Source of the DNA: Antedon mediterranea
Taxonomy: Eukaryota > Animalia > Echinodermata
Assembly (NCBI RefSeq): GCF_964355755.1
Contig: NW_027306097.1
Location: 1 to 64,000 of the forward strand
DNA: 64,000 nt
Direction of reading: 5' to 3'
The position numbers were made by a program, and so were the translations under genes. Under the pieces are notes generated by a model. That model was not told the origin of the DNA. It searched no databases and was given only the letters and a program-made list of their open reading frames with translations. Shown here piece by piece: positions 40,798 through 52,933 of this stretch. Within the stretch, counting starts at the first letter, position 1. Every line of letters begins with the position of its first letter.

Positions 40798-41820
40798 GGT
40801 CTAAAACGTCTCCAAATGCGATTTGAAGCTATTCTAAGCACTTTGGTGTTTTGTGTGAAAAAGTTTTGTCGAAATGCTCAAAATGGTCTAAAAAGTTTTT
40901 AAATACGATATTAAGCTATTTTGTGCTCTTTGATGTTTTTGTGTGAAAAGTGTTATCGAAATGCTCAAAATGGTCTAAAACGGATTATAATGTGATTTTA
41001 AGCACTTTGATGTTTTTGTGTAACCAAGTTTCATCGAAATGCATAAAATGGTCTAAAACGTCTCCAAATGCGATTTGAAGCTATTCTAAGTACTTTGGTG
41101 TTTTTATGTTAACAAGTTTTTTCGAAAATCACAAAATGGTCTAAAACGTCTCCAAATACGATTTGAAGCTATTGTAAGCACTTTGGTGTTTTTATGTTAA
41201 CAAGTTTTTTCAAAAATCACAAATTGGTCTAAAATGTCTCCAAATGCGATTTGAAGCACTTTGGTGTTTTTATGTTAACAAGTTTTTTCGAAAATCACAA
41301 AATGTTCTAAAACGTCTCCAAATGCGATTTGAAGCTATTCTAAACACTTTGGTATTTTTAGGTTAACAAGTTTTTTCGAAAATCACAAATTGGCCTAAAA
41401 CGGTCTCCAAATGCGATTTGAAGTTATTCTGTACACTTTGATGTTTTTATGTTAACAAGTTTTTTCGAAAATCACAAAATGGTCTAAAACGTCTCCAAAT
41501 GCGATTTGAAGCTATTCTAAGCACTTTGGTGTTTTGTGTGAAAAAGTTTTGTCGAAATGCTCAAAATGGTCTAAAACGTTTTTAAATACGATATTAAGCT
41601 ATTTTGTGCTCTTTGATGTTTTTGTGTGAAAAGTGTTATCGAAATGCTCAAAATGGTCTAAAATGGTTTATAATGTGATTTTAAGCACTTTGATGTTTTT
41701 GTGTAACCAAGTTTCATCGAAATGCACAAAATGGTCTAAAACGTCTCAAAATGCGATTTGAAGCTATTCTAAGCACATTGGTGTTTTTATGTTAACAAGT
41801 TTTTTCGAAAATCACAAAAT
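40798..41820 (+). repeat. Diverged satellite subfamily block (also at ~49650-51180, ~51750-52930 and ~59940-60960)
   Basis: Cluster of variants not seen left of 40.8 kb: AAAAAGTTTTTAAAT, CGGATTATAA, GCATAAAAT, AAGTACTTT, ATTGTAAGC, TTGAAGCACT, TATTTTTAGGTT, TGGCCTAAAACGGTCTCC, CTGTACACT. Confidence 0.85.
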
Positions 41821-44289
41821 GGTCTAAAACGTCTCCAAATACGATTTGAAGCTATTCTAAGCACTTTCATGTTTTTATGTTAACAAGTTTTTTCGAAAAT
41901 CACAAAATGGTCTAAAACGTTTCCAAATGCGATTTGAAGCTATTCTAAGCACTTTCGTGTTTTTATGTTAACAAGTTTTTTCGAAAATCACAAAATGGTC
42001 TAAAACGTCTCCAAATGCGATTTGAAGCTATTCTAAACCCTTTGGTGTTTTTATGTTGATAAGTTTTTTCGAAAATCACAAATTGGTCTAAAAGGTCTCC
42101 AAATGCGATTTGAAGCTATTCTAAACACTTTGGTGTTTTTATGTTAACAATTTTTTTCGAAAATCACAAAATGGTCTAAAACGTTTCCAAATGCGATTTG
42201 AAGCTATTCTAAGCACTTTCGTGTTTTTATGTTAACAAGTTTTTTCGAAAATCACTAAATGGTCTAAAACGTTTCCAAATGCGATTTGAAGCTATTCTAA
42301 GCACTTTCGTGTTTTTATGTTAACAAGTTTTTTCGAAAATCACAAAATGGTCTAAAACGTCTCCAAATGTGATTTGAAGCTATTCTAAGCACTTTGGTGT
42401 TTTTATGTTAACAAGTTTTTTCAAAAATCACAAAATGGTCTAAAACGTCTCCAAATGCGATTTGAAGCTATTCTAAGCACTTTGGTGTTTTGTGTGAAAA
42501 AGTTTTATCTAAATGCTCAAAATGGTCTAAAACATTTTTAAATACGATATTAAGCTATTTTGTGCTCTTTGATGTTTTTGTGTGAAAATTGTTATCGAAA
42601 TGCTCAAAATGGTCTAAAACGGTTTATAATGTGATTCTAAGCACTTATGGTCTAAAACGTCTCCAAATGTGATTTGAAGCTATTCTAAGCACTTTGGTGT
42701 TTTTATGTTAAAAAGTTTTTTCGAAAATCACAAAATGGTCTAAAACGTCTCCAAATGCGATTTGAAGCTATTCTAAGCACTTTGGTATTTTGTGTGAAAA
42801 AGTTTTGTCGAAATGCTCAAAATGGTCTAAAACGATTTATAATGTGATTTTAAGCACTTTGATGTTTTTGTGTAACCAAGTTTCATCGAAATGCACAAAA
42901 TGGTCTAAAACGTCTCCAAATGCGATTTGAAGCTATTCTAAGCACTTTGGTGTTTTGTGTGAAAAAAGTTTTGTCTAAAGGCTCAAAATGGTCTAAAACG
43001 TTTTTAAATACGATATTAAGCTATTTTGTGCTCTTTGATGTTTTTGTGTGAAAAGTGTTACCGAAATGCTCAAAATGGTCTAAAACGGTTTATAATGTGA
43101 TTTTAAGCACTTTGATGTTTTTGTGTAACCAAGTTTTTTCGAAAATCTCAAAATGGTCTAAAACGTCTCCAAATACGATTTGAAGCTATTCTAAGCACTT
43201 TGGTGTTTTTATGTTAACAAGTTTTTTCGAAAATCACAAAATGGTCTAAAACGTCTCCAAATGCGATTTGAAGCTATTCTAAGCACTTTGGTGTTTTTAT
43301 GTTAACAAGTTTTTTCAAAATCACAAAATGGCCTAAAACGTCTCCAAATGCGATTTGAAGCTATTCTAAACCCTTTGGTGTTTTTATGTTGATAAGTTTT
43401 TTCGAAAATCACAAATTGGTCTAAAACGTCTCCAAATGCGATTTGAAGCTATTCTAAACACTTTGGTGTTTTTATGTTAACAATTTTTTTTCGAAAATCA
43501 CAAAATGGTCTAAAACGTTTCCAAATGCGATTTGAAGCTATTCTAAGCACTTTCGTGTTTTTATGTTAACAAGTTTTTTCGAAAATCACAAAATGGTCTA
43601 AAACGTTTCCAAATGCGATTTGAAGCTATTCTAAGCACTTTCGTGTTTTTATGTTAACAAGTTTTTTCGAAAATCACAAAATGGTCTAAAACGTTTCCAA
43701 ATGCGATTTGAAGCTATTCTAAGCACTTTCGTGTTTTTATGTTAACAAGTTTTTTCGAAAATCACAAAATGGTCTAAAACGTCTCCAAATGTGATTTGAA
43801 GCTATTCTAAGCACTTTGGTGTTTTTATGTTAACAAGTTTTTTCAAAAATCACAAAATGGTCTAAAACGTCTCCAAATGCGATTTGAAGCTATTCTAAGC
43901 ACTTTGGTGTTTTGTGTGAAAAAGTTTTATCTAAATGCTCAAAATGGTCTAAAACATTTTTAAATACGATATTAAGCTATTTTGTGCTCTTTGATGTTTT
44001 TGTGTGAAAATTGTTATCGAAATGCTCAAAATGGTCTAAAACGGTTTATAATGTGATTCTAAGCACTTTGGTGTTTTTATGTTAACAATTTTTTTCGAAA
44101 ATCACAAAATGGTCTAAAACGTTTCCAAATGCGATTTGAAGCTATTCTAAGCACTTTCGTGTTTTTATGTTAACAAGTTTTTTCGAAAATCACAAAATGG
44201 TCTAAAACGTCTCCAAATGTGATTTGAAGCTATTCTAAGCACTTTGGTGTTTTTATGTTAAAAAGTTTTTTCGAAAATCACAAAATGGT

Positions 44290-45790
44290 CTAAAACGTCT
44301 CCAAATGCGATTTGAAGCCCTTTGGTATTTTGTGTGAAAAAGTTTTGTCGAAATGCTCAAAATGGTCTAAAACGATTTATAATGTCATTTTAAGCACTTT
44401 GATGTTTTTGTGTAACCAAGTTTCATCGAAATGCACAAAATGGTCTAAAACGTCTCCAAATGCGATTTGAAGCTATTCTAAGCACTTTGGTGTTTTGTGT
44501 GAAAAAGTTTTGTCTAAATGCTCAAAAAATGGTCTAAAACGTTTTTAAATACGATATTAAGCTATTTTGTGCTCTTTGATGTTTTTGTGTGAAAAGTGTT
44601 ATCGAAATGCTCAAAATGGTCTAAAACGGTTTATAATGTGATTTTAAGCACGTTGATGTTTTTGTGTAATCAAGTTTCATCGAAATGCACAAATTGGTCT
44701 AAAACGTGTCCAAATGCGATTTGAAGCTATTCTAAGCACTTTGGTGTTTTGTGTGAAAAAGTTTTGTCGAAATGCTCAAAATGGTCTAAAACGTTTTTAA
44801 ATACGATATTAAGCTATTTTGTGCTCTTTGATGTTTTTGTGTGAAAAGTGTTATCGAAATGTTCAAAATGGTCTAAAACGGTTTATAATGTGATTTTAAG
44901 CACTTTGATGTTTTTGTGTAACCAAGTTTTTTCGAAAATCTCAAAATGGTCTAAAACGTCTCCAAATACGATTTGAAGCTATTCTAAGCACTTTGGTGTT
45001 TTTATGTTAACAAGTTTTTTCGAAAATCACAAAATGGTCTAAAACGTCTCCAAATGCGATTTGAAGCCCTTTGGTATTTTGTGTGAAAAAGTTTTGTCGA
45101 AATGCTCAAAATGGTCTAAAACGATTTATAATGTCATTTTAAGCACTTTGATGTTTTTGTGTAACCAAGTTTCATCGAAATGCACAAAATGGTCTAAAAC
45201 GTCTCCAAATGCGATTTGAAGCTATTCTAAGCACTTTGGTGTTTTGTGTGAAAAAGTTTTGTCTAAATGCTCAAAAAATGGTCTAAAACGTTTTTAAATA
45301 CGATATTAAGCTATTTTGTGCTCTTTGATGTTTTTGTGTGAAAAGTGTTATCGAAATGCTCAAAATGGTCTAAAACGGTTTATAATGTGATTTTAAGCAC
45401 GTTGATGTTTTTGTGTAATCAAGTTTCATCGAAATGCACAAATTGGTCTAAAACGTCTCCAAATGCGATTTGAAGCTATTCTAAGCACTTTGGTGTTTTG
45501 TGTGAAAAAGTTTTGTCGAAATGCTCAAAATGGTCTAAAACGTTTTTAAATACGATATTAAGCTATTTTGTGCTCTTTGATGTTTTTGTGTGAAAAGTGT
45601 TATCGAAATGTTCAAAATGGTCTAAAACGGTTTATAATGTGATTTTAAGCACTTTGATGTTTTTGTGTAACCAAGTTTTTTCGAAAATCTCAAAATGGTC
45701 TAAAACGTCTCCAAATACGATTTGAAGCTATTCTAAGCACTTTGGTGTTTTTATGTTAACAAGTTCTTTCGAAAATCACAAAATGGTCTA
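44290..45790 (+). repeat. Tandem duplication of a 749-bp, 9-monomer block
   Basis: The GAAGCCCTTTGGTA deletion marker lies at 44314 and 45063, each followed by ATGTCATTTT and CTCAAAAAATGG. Monomer lengths sum to 749. Confidence 0.82.
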
Positions 45791-45899
45791 AAACGTCTCC
45801 AAATGCGATTTGAAGCTATTCTAAGCACTTTGGTGTTTTTATGTTAAGTTTTTTCAAAATCACAAAATGGTCTAAACCGTCTCCAAATGCGATTTGAAG

Positions 45900-48800
45900 C
45901 TATTCTAAGCACTTTGGTGTTTTGTGTGAAAAAGTTTTATCTAAATGCTCAAAATGGTCTAAAACATTTATAAATACGATATTAAGCTATTTTGTGCTCT
46001 TTGATGTTTTTGTGTGAAAATTGTTATCGAAATGCTCAAAATGGTCTAAAACGGTTTATAATGTGATTCTAAGCACATTGGTGTTTTTATGTTAACAATC
46101 TTTTTCGAAAATCACAAAATGGTCTAAAACGTTTCCAAATGCGATTTGAAGCTATTCTAAGCACTTTCGTGTTTTTATGTTAACAAGTTTTTTCAATAAT
46201 CACAAAATGGTCTACAACGTCTCCAAATGTGATTTGAAGCTATTCTAAGCACTTTCGTGTTTTTATGTTAACAAGTTTTTTCAAAAATCACAAAATGGTC
46301 TAAAACATCTCCAAATGTGATTTGAAGCTATTCTAAGCACTTTGGTGTTTTTATGTTAACAAGTTTTTTCAAAAATCACAAAATGGTCTAAAACGTCTCC
46401 AAATGCGATTTGAAGCTATTCTAAGCACTTTGGTGTTTTGTGTGAAAAAGTTTTATCTAAATGCTCAAAATGGTCTAAAACATTTTTAAATACGATATTA
46501 AGCTATTTTGTGCTCTTTGATGTTTTTGTGTGAAAATTGTTATCGAAATGCTCAAAATGGTCTAAAACGGTTTATAATGTGATTCTAAGCACTTATGGTC
46601 TAAAACGTCTCCAAATGTGATTTGAAGCTATTCTAAGCACTTTGGTGTTTTTATGTTAAAAAGTTTTTTCGAAAATCACAAAATGGTCTAAAACGTTTCC
46701 AAATGCGATTTGAAGCTATTCTAAGCACTTTCGTGTTTTTATGTTAACAATTTTTTTCGAAAATCACAAAATGGTCTAAAACGTTTCCAAATGCGATTTG
46801 AAGCTATTCTAAGCACTTTCGTGTTTTTATGTTAACAAGTTTTTTCAAAAATCACAAAATGGTCTAAAACATCTCCAAATGTGATTTGAAGCTATTCTAA
46901 GCACTTTGGTGTTTTTATGTTAACAAGTTTTTTCAAAAATCACAAAATGGTCTAAAACGTCTCCAAATGCGATTTGAAGCTATTCTAAGCACTTTGGTGT
47001 TTTGTGTGAAAAAGTTTTATCTAAATAAATGCTCAAAATGGTCTAAAACATTTTTAAATACGATATTAAGCTATTTTGTGCTCTTTGATGTTTTTGTGTG
47101 AAAATTGTTATCGAAATGCTCAAAATGGTCTAAAACGGTTTATAATGTGATTCTAAGCACTTATGGTCTAAAACGTCTCCAAATGTGATTTGAAGCTATT
47201 CTAAGCACTTTGGTGTTTTTATGTTAAAAAGTTTTTTCGAAAATCACAAAATGGTCTAAAACGTCTCCAAATGCGATTTGAAGCTATTCTAAGCACTTTG
47301 GTATTTTGTGTGAAAAAGTTTTGTCGAAATGCTCAAAATGGTCTAAAACGATTTATAATGTGATTTTAAGCACTTTGATGTTTTTGTGTAACCAAGTTTC
47401 ATCGAAATGCACAAAATGGTCTAAAACGTCTCCAAATGCGATTTGAAGCTATTCTAAGCACTTTGGTGTTTTGTGTGAAAAAGTTTTATCTAAATGCTCA
47501 AAATGGTCTAAAACATTTATAAATACGATATTAAGCTATTTTGTGCTCTTTGATGTTTTTGTGTGAAAATTGTTATCGAAATGCTCAAAATGGTCTAAAA
47601 CGGTTTATAATGTGATTCTAAGCACATTGGTGTTTTTATGTTAACAATCTTTTTCGAAAATCACAAAATGGTCTAAAACGTTTCCAAATGCGATTTGAAG
47701 CTATTCTAAGCACTTTCGTGTTTTTATGTTAACAAGTTTTTTCAATAATCACAAAATGGTCTACAACGTCTCCAAATGTGATTTGAAGCTATTCTAAGCA
47801 CTTTCGTGTTTTTATGTTAACAAGTTTTTTCAAAAATCACAAAATGGTCTAAAACATCTCCAAATGTGATTTGAAGCTATTCTAAGCACTTTGGTGTTTT
47901 TATGTTAACAAGTTTTTTCAAAAATCACAAAATGGTCTAAAACGTCTCCAAATGCGATTTGAAGCTATTCTAAGCACTTTGGTGTTTTGTGTGAAAAAGT
48001 TTTATCTAAATGCTCAAAATGGTCTAAAACATTTTTAAATACGATATTAAGCTATTTTGTGCTCTTTGATGTTTTTGTGTGAAAATTGTTATCGAAATGC
48101 TCAAAATGGTCTAAAACGGTTTATAATGTGATTCTAAGCACTTATGGTCTAAAACGTCTCCAAATGTGATTTGAAGCTATTCTAAGCACTTTGGTGTTTT
48201 TATGTTAAAAAGTTTTTTCGAAAATCACAAAATGGTCTAAAACGTTTCCAAATGCGATTTGAAGCTATTCTAAGCACTTTCGTGTTTTTATGTTAACAAT
48301 TTTTTTCGAAAATCACAAAATGGTCTAAAACGTTTCCAAATGCGATTTGAAGCTATTCTAAGCACTTTCGTGTTTTTATGTTAACAAGTTTTTTCAAAAA
48401 TCACAAAATGGTCTAAAACATCTCCAAATGTGATTTGAAGCTATTCTAAGCACTTTGGTGTTTTTATGTTAACAAGTTTTTTCAAAAATCACAAAATGGT
48501 CTAAAACGTCTCCAAATGCGATTTGAAGCTATTCTAAGCACTTTGGTGTTTTGTGTGAAAAAGTTTTATCTAAATGCTCAAAATGGTCTAAAACATTTTT
48601 AAATACGATATTAAGCTATTTTGTGCTCTTTGATGTTTTTGTGTGAAAATTGTTATCGAAATGCTCAAAATGGTCTAAAACGGTTTATAATGTGATTCTA
48701 AGCACTTATGGTCTAAAACGTCTCCAAATGTGATTTGAAGCTATTCTAAGCACTTTGGTGTTTTTATGTTAAAAAGTTTTTTCGAAAATCACAAAATGGT

Positions 48801-49020
48801 CTAAAACGTCTCCAAATGCGATTTGAAGCTATTCTAAGCACTTTGGTATTTTGTGTGAAAAAGTTTTGTCGAAATGCTCAAAATGGTCTAAAACGATTTA
48901 TAATGTGATTTTAAGCACTTTGATGTTTTTGTGTAACCAAGTTTCATCGAAATGCACAAAATGGTCTAAAACGTCTCCAAATGCGATTTGAAGCTATTCT
49001 AAGCACTTTGGTGTTTTGTG
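45900..49020 (+). repeat. Tandem duplication of a ~1.55-kb block
   Basis: Markers at +1,549: AAACATTTATAAAT 45962/47511, TTCAATAATC 46192/47741, CTACAACGTC 46212/47761. The first copy has a private 4-bp duplication, CTAAATAAATGC, near 47021. Confidence 0.85.
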
Positions 49021-52000
49021 TGAAAAAGTTTTGTCTAAATGCTCAAAATGGTCTAAAACGTTTTTAAATACGATATTAAGCTATTTTGTGCTCTTTGATG
49101 TTTTTGTGTGAAAAGTGTTACCGAAATGCTAAAGATGGTCTAAAACGGTTTATAATGTGATTTTAAGCACTTTGATGTTTTTGTGTAACCAATTTTTTTC
49201 GAAAATCTCAAAATGGTCTAAAACGTCTCCAAATACGATTTGAAGCTATTCTAAGCACTTTGGTGTTTTTATGTTAACAAGTTTTTTCGAAAATCACAAA
49301 ATGGTCTAAAACGTCTCCAAATGCGATTTGAAGCTATTCTAAGCACTTTGGTGTTTTTATGTTAACAAGTTTTTTCAAAATCACAAAATGGTCTAAAACT
49401 TCTCCAAATGCGATTTGAAGCTATTCTAAACCCTTTGGTGTTTTTATGTTGATAAGTTTTTTCGAAAATCACAAATTGGTCTAAAACGTCTCCAAATGCG
49501 ATTTGAAGCTATTCTAAACACTTTGGTGTTTTTATGTTAACAATTTTTTTCGAAAATCACAAAATGGTCTAAAACGTTTCCAAATGCGATTTGAAGCTAT
49601 TCTAAGCACTTTCGTGTTTTTATGTTAACAATTTTTTTCGAAAATCACAAAATGGTCTAAAACGTCTCCAAATGCGATTTGAAGCTATTCTAAGCACTTT
49701 GGTGTTTTGTGTGAAAAAGTTTTGTCGAAATGCTCAAAATGGTCTAAAAAGTTTTTAAATACGATATTAAGCTATTTTGTGCTCTTTGATGTTTTTGTGT
49801 GAAAAGTGTTATCGAAATGCTCAAAATGGTCTAAAACGGATTATAATGTGATTTTAAGCACTTTGATGTTTTTGTGTAACCAAGTTTCATCGAAATGCAT
49901 AAAATGGTCTAAAACGTCTCCAAATGCGATTTGAAGCTATTCTAAGTACTTTGGTGTTTTTATGTTAACAAGTTTTTTCGAAAATCACAAAATGGTCTAA
50001 AACGTCTCCAAATACGATTTGAAGCTATTGTAAGCACTTTGGTGTTTTTATGTTAACAAGTTTTTTCAAAAATCACAAATTGGTCTAAAATGTCTCAAAT
50101 GCGATTTGAAGCACTTTGGTGTTTTTATGTTAACAAGTTTTTTCGAAAATCACAAAATGGTCTAAAACGTCTCCAAATGCGATTTGAAGCTATTCTAAAC
50201 ACTTTGGTGTTTTGTGTGAAAAAGTTTTGTCTAAATGCTCAAAATGGTCTAAAACGTTTTTAAATACGATATTAAGCTATTTTGTGCTCTTTGATGTTTT
50301 TGTGTGAAAAGTGTTATCGAAATGCTCAAAATGGTCTAAAACGGATTATAATGTGATTTTAAGCACATTGATGTTTTTGTGTAACCAAGTTTCATCGAAA
50401 TGCATAAAATGGTCTAAAACGTCTCCAAATTCGATTTGAAGCTATTCTAAGTACTTTGGTGTTTTTATGTTAACAAGTTTTTTCGAAAATCACAAAATGG
50501 TCTAAAACGTCTCCAAATACGATTTGAAGCTATTGTATGCACTTTGGTGTTTTTATGTTAACAAGTTTTTTCAAAAATCACAAATTGGTCTAAAATGTCT
50601 CCAAATGCGATTTGAAGCACTTTGGTGTTTTTATGTTAACAAGTTTTTTCGAAAATCACAAAATGGTCTAAAACGTCTCCAAATGCGATTTGAAGCTATT
50701 CTAAACACTTTGGTATTTTTAGGTTAACAAGTTTTTTCGAAAATCACAAATTGGCCTAAAACGGTCTCCAAATGCGATTTGAAGTTATTCTGTACACTTT
50801 GATGTTTTTATGTTAACAAGTTTTTTCGAAAATCACAAAATGGTCTAAAACGTCTCCAAATGCGATTTGAAGCTATTCTAAGCACTTTGGTGTTTTGTGT
50901 GAAAAAGTTTTGTCGAAATGCTCAAAATGGTCTAAAACGTTTTTAAATACGATATTAAGCTATTTTGTGCTCTTTGATGTTTTTGTGTGAAAAGTGTTAT
51001 CGAAATGCTCAAAATGGTCTAAAATGGTTTATAATGTGATTTTAAGCACTTTGATGTTTTTGTGTAACCAAGTTTCATCGAAATGCACAAAATGGTCTAA
51101 AACGTCTCAAAATGCGATTTGAAGCTTTTCTAAGCACATTGGTGTTTTTATGTTAACAAGTTTTTTCGAAAATCACAAAATGGTCTAAAACGTCTCCAAA
51201 TACGATTTGAAGCTATTCTAAGCACTTTCATGTTTTTATGTTAACAAGTTTTTTCGAAAATCACAAAATGGTCTAAAACGTTTCCAAATGCGATTTGAAG
51301 CTATTCTAAGCACTTTCGTGTTTTTATGTTAACAAGTTTTTTCGAAAATCACAAAATGGTCTAAAACCTCTCCAAATGTGATTTGAAGCTATTCTAAGCA
51401 CTTTGGTGTTTTTATGTTAACAAGTTTTTTCAAAAATCACAAAATGGTCTAAAACGTCTCCAAATGCGATTTGAAGCTATTCTAAGCACTTTGGTGTTTT
51501 GTGTGAAAAAGTTTTATCTAAATGCTCAAAATGGTCTAAAACATTTTTAAATACGATATTAAGCTATTTTGTGCTCTTTGATGTTTTTGTGTGAAAATTG
51601 TTATCGAAATGCTCAAAATGGTCTAAAACGGTTTATAATGTGATTCTAAGCACTTATGGTCTAAAACGTCTCCAAATGTGATTTGAAGCTATTCTAAGCA
51701 CTTTGGTGTTTTTATGTTAACAAGTTTTTTCGAAAATCACAAAATGGTCTAAAACGTCTCCAAATGCGATTTGAAGCTATTCTAAACACTTTGGTATTTT
51801 TAGGTTAACAAGTTTTTTCGAAAATCACAAATTGGCCTAAAACGGTCTCCAAATGCGATTTGAAGCTATTCTGTACACTTTGATGTTTTTATGTTAACAA
51901 TTTTTTTCGAAAATCACAAAATGGTCTAAAACGTCTCCAAATGCGATTTGAAGCTATTCTAAGCACTTTGGTGTTTTGTGTGAAAAAGTTTTGTCGAAAT

Positions 52001-52933
52001 GCTCAAAATGGTCTAAAAAGTTTTTAAATACGATATTAAGCTATTTTGTGCTCTTTGATGTTTTTGTGTGAAAAGTGTTATCGAAATGCTCAAAATGGTC
52101 TAAAACGGATTATAATGTGATTTTAAGCACTTTGATGTTTTTGTGTAACCAAGTTTCATCGAAATGCATAAAATGGTCTAAAACGTCTCCAAATGCGATT
52201 TGAAACTATTCTAAGTACTTTGGTGTTTTTATGTTATCAAGTTTTTTCGAAAATCACAAAATGGTCTAAAACGTCTCCAAATACGATTTGAAGCTATTGT
52301 AAGCACTTTGGTGTTTTTATGTTAACAAGTTTTTTCAAAAATCACAAATTGGTCTAAAATGTCTCAAATGCGATTTGAAGCACTTTGGTGTTTTTATGTT
52401 AACAAGTTTTTTCGAAAATCACAAAATGGTCTAAAACGTCTCCAAATGCGATTTGAAGCTATTCTAAACACTTTGGTGTTTTGTGTGAAAAAGTTTTGTC
52501 TAAATGCTCAAAATGGTCTAAAACGTTTTTAAATACGATATTAAGCTATTTTGTGCTCTTTGATGTTTTTGTGTGAAAAGTGTTATCGAAATGCTCAAAA
52601 TGGTCTAAAACGGATTATAATGTGATTTTAAGCACATTGATGTTTTTGTGTAACCAAGTTTCATCGAAATGCATAAAATGGTCTAAAACGTCTCCAAATG
52701 CGATTTGAAGCTATTCTAAGTACTTTGGTGTTTTTATGTTAACAAGTTTTTTCGAAAATCACAAAATGGTCTAAAACGTCTCCAAATACGATTTGAAGCT
52801 ATTGTAAGCACTTTGGTGTTTTTATGTTAACAAGTTTTTTCAAAAATCACAAATTGGTCTAAAATGTCTCCAAATGCGATTTGAAGCACTTTGGTGTTTT
52901 TATGTTAACAAGTTTTTTCGAAAATCACAAAAT

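Noticed and set aside
50524-50727. 67-aa ORF on the plus strand
   Set aside because: A repetitive peptide from A monomers, kept open by a stop-removing SNP and the 78-bp (3n) deletion monomer. No evidence of a gene.
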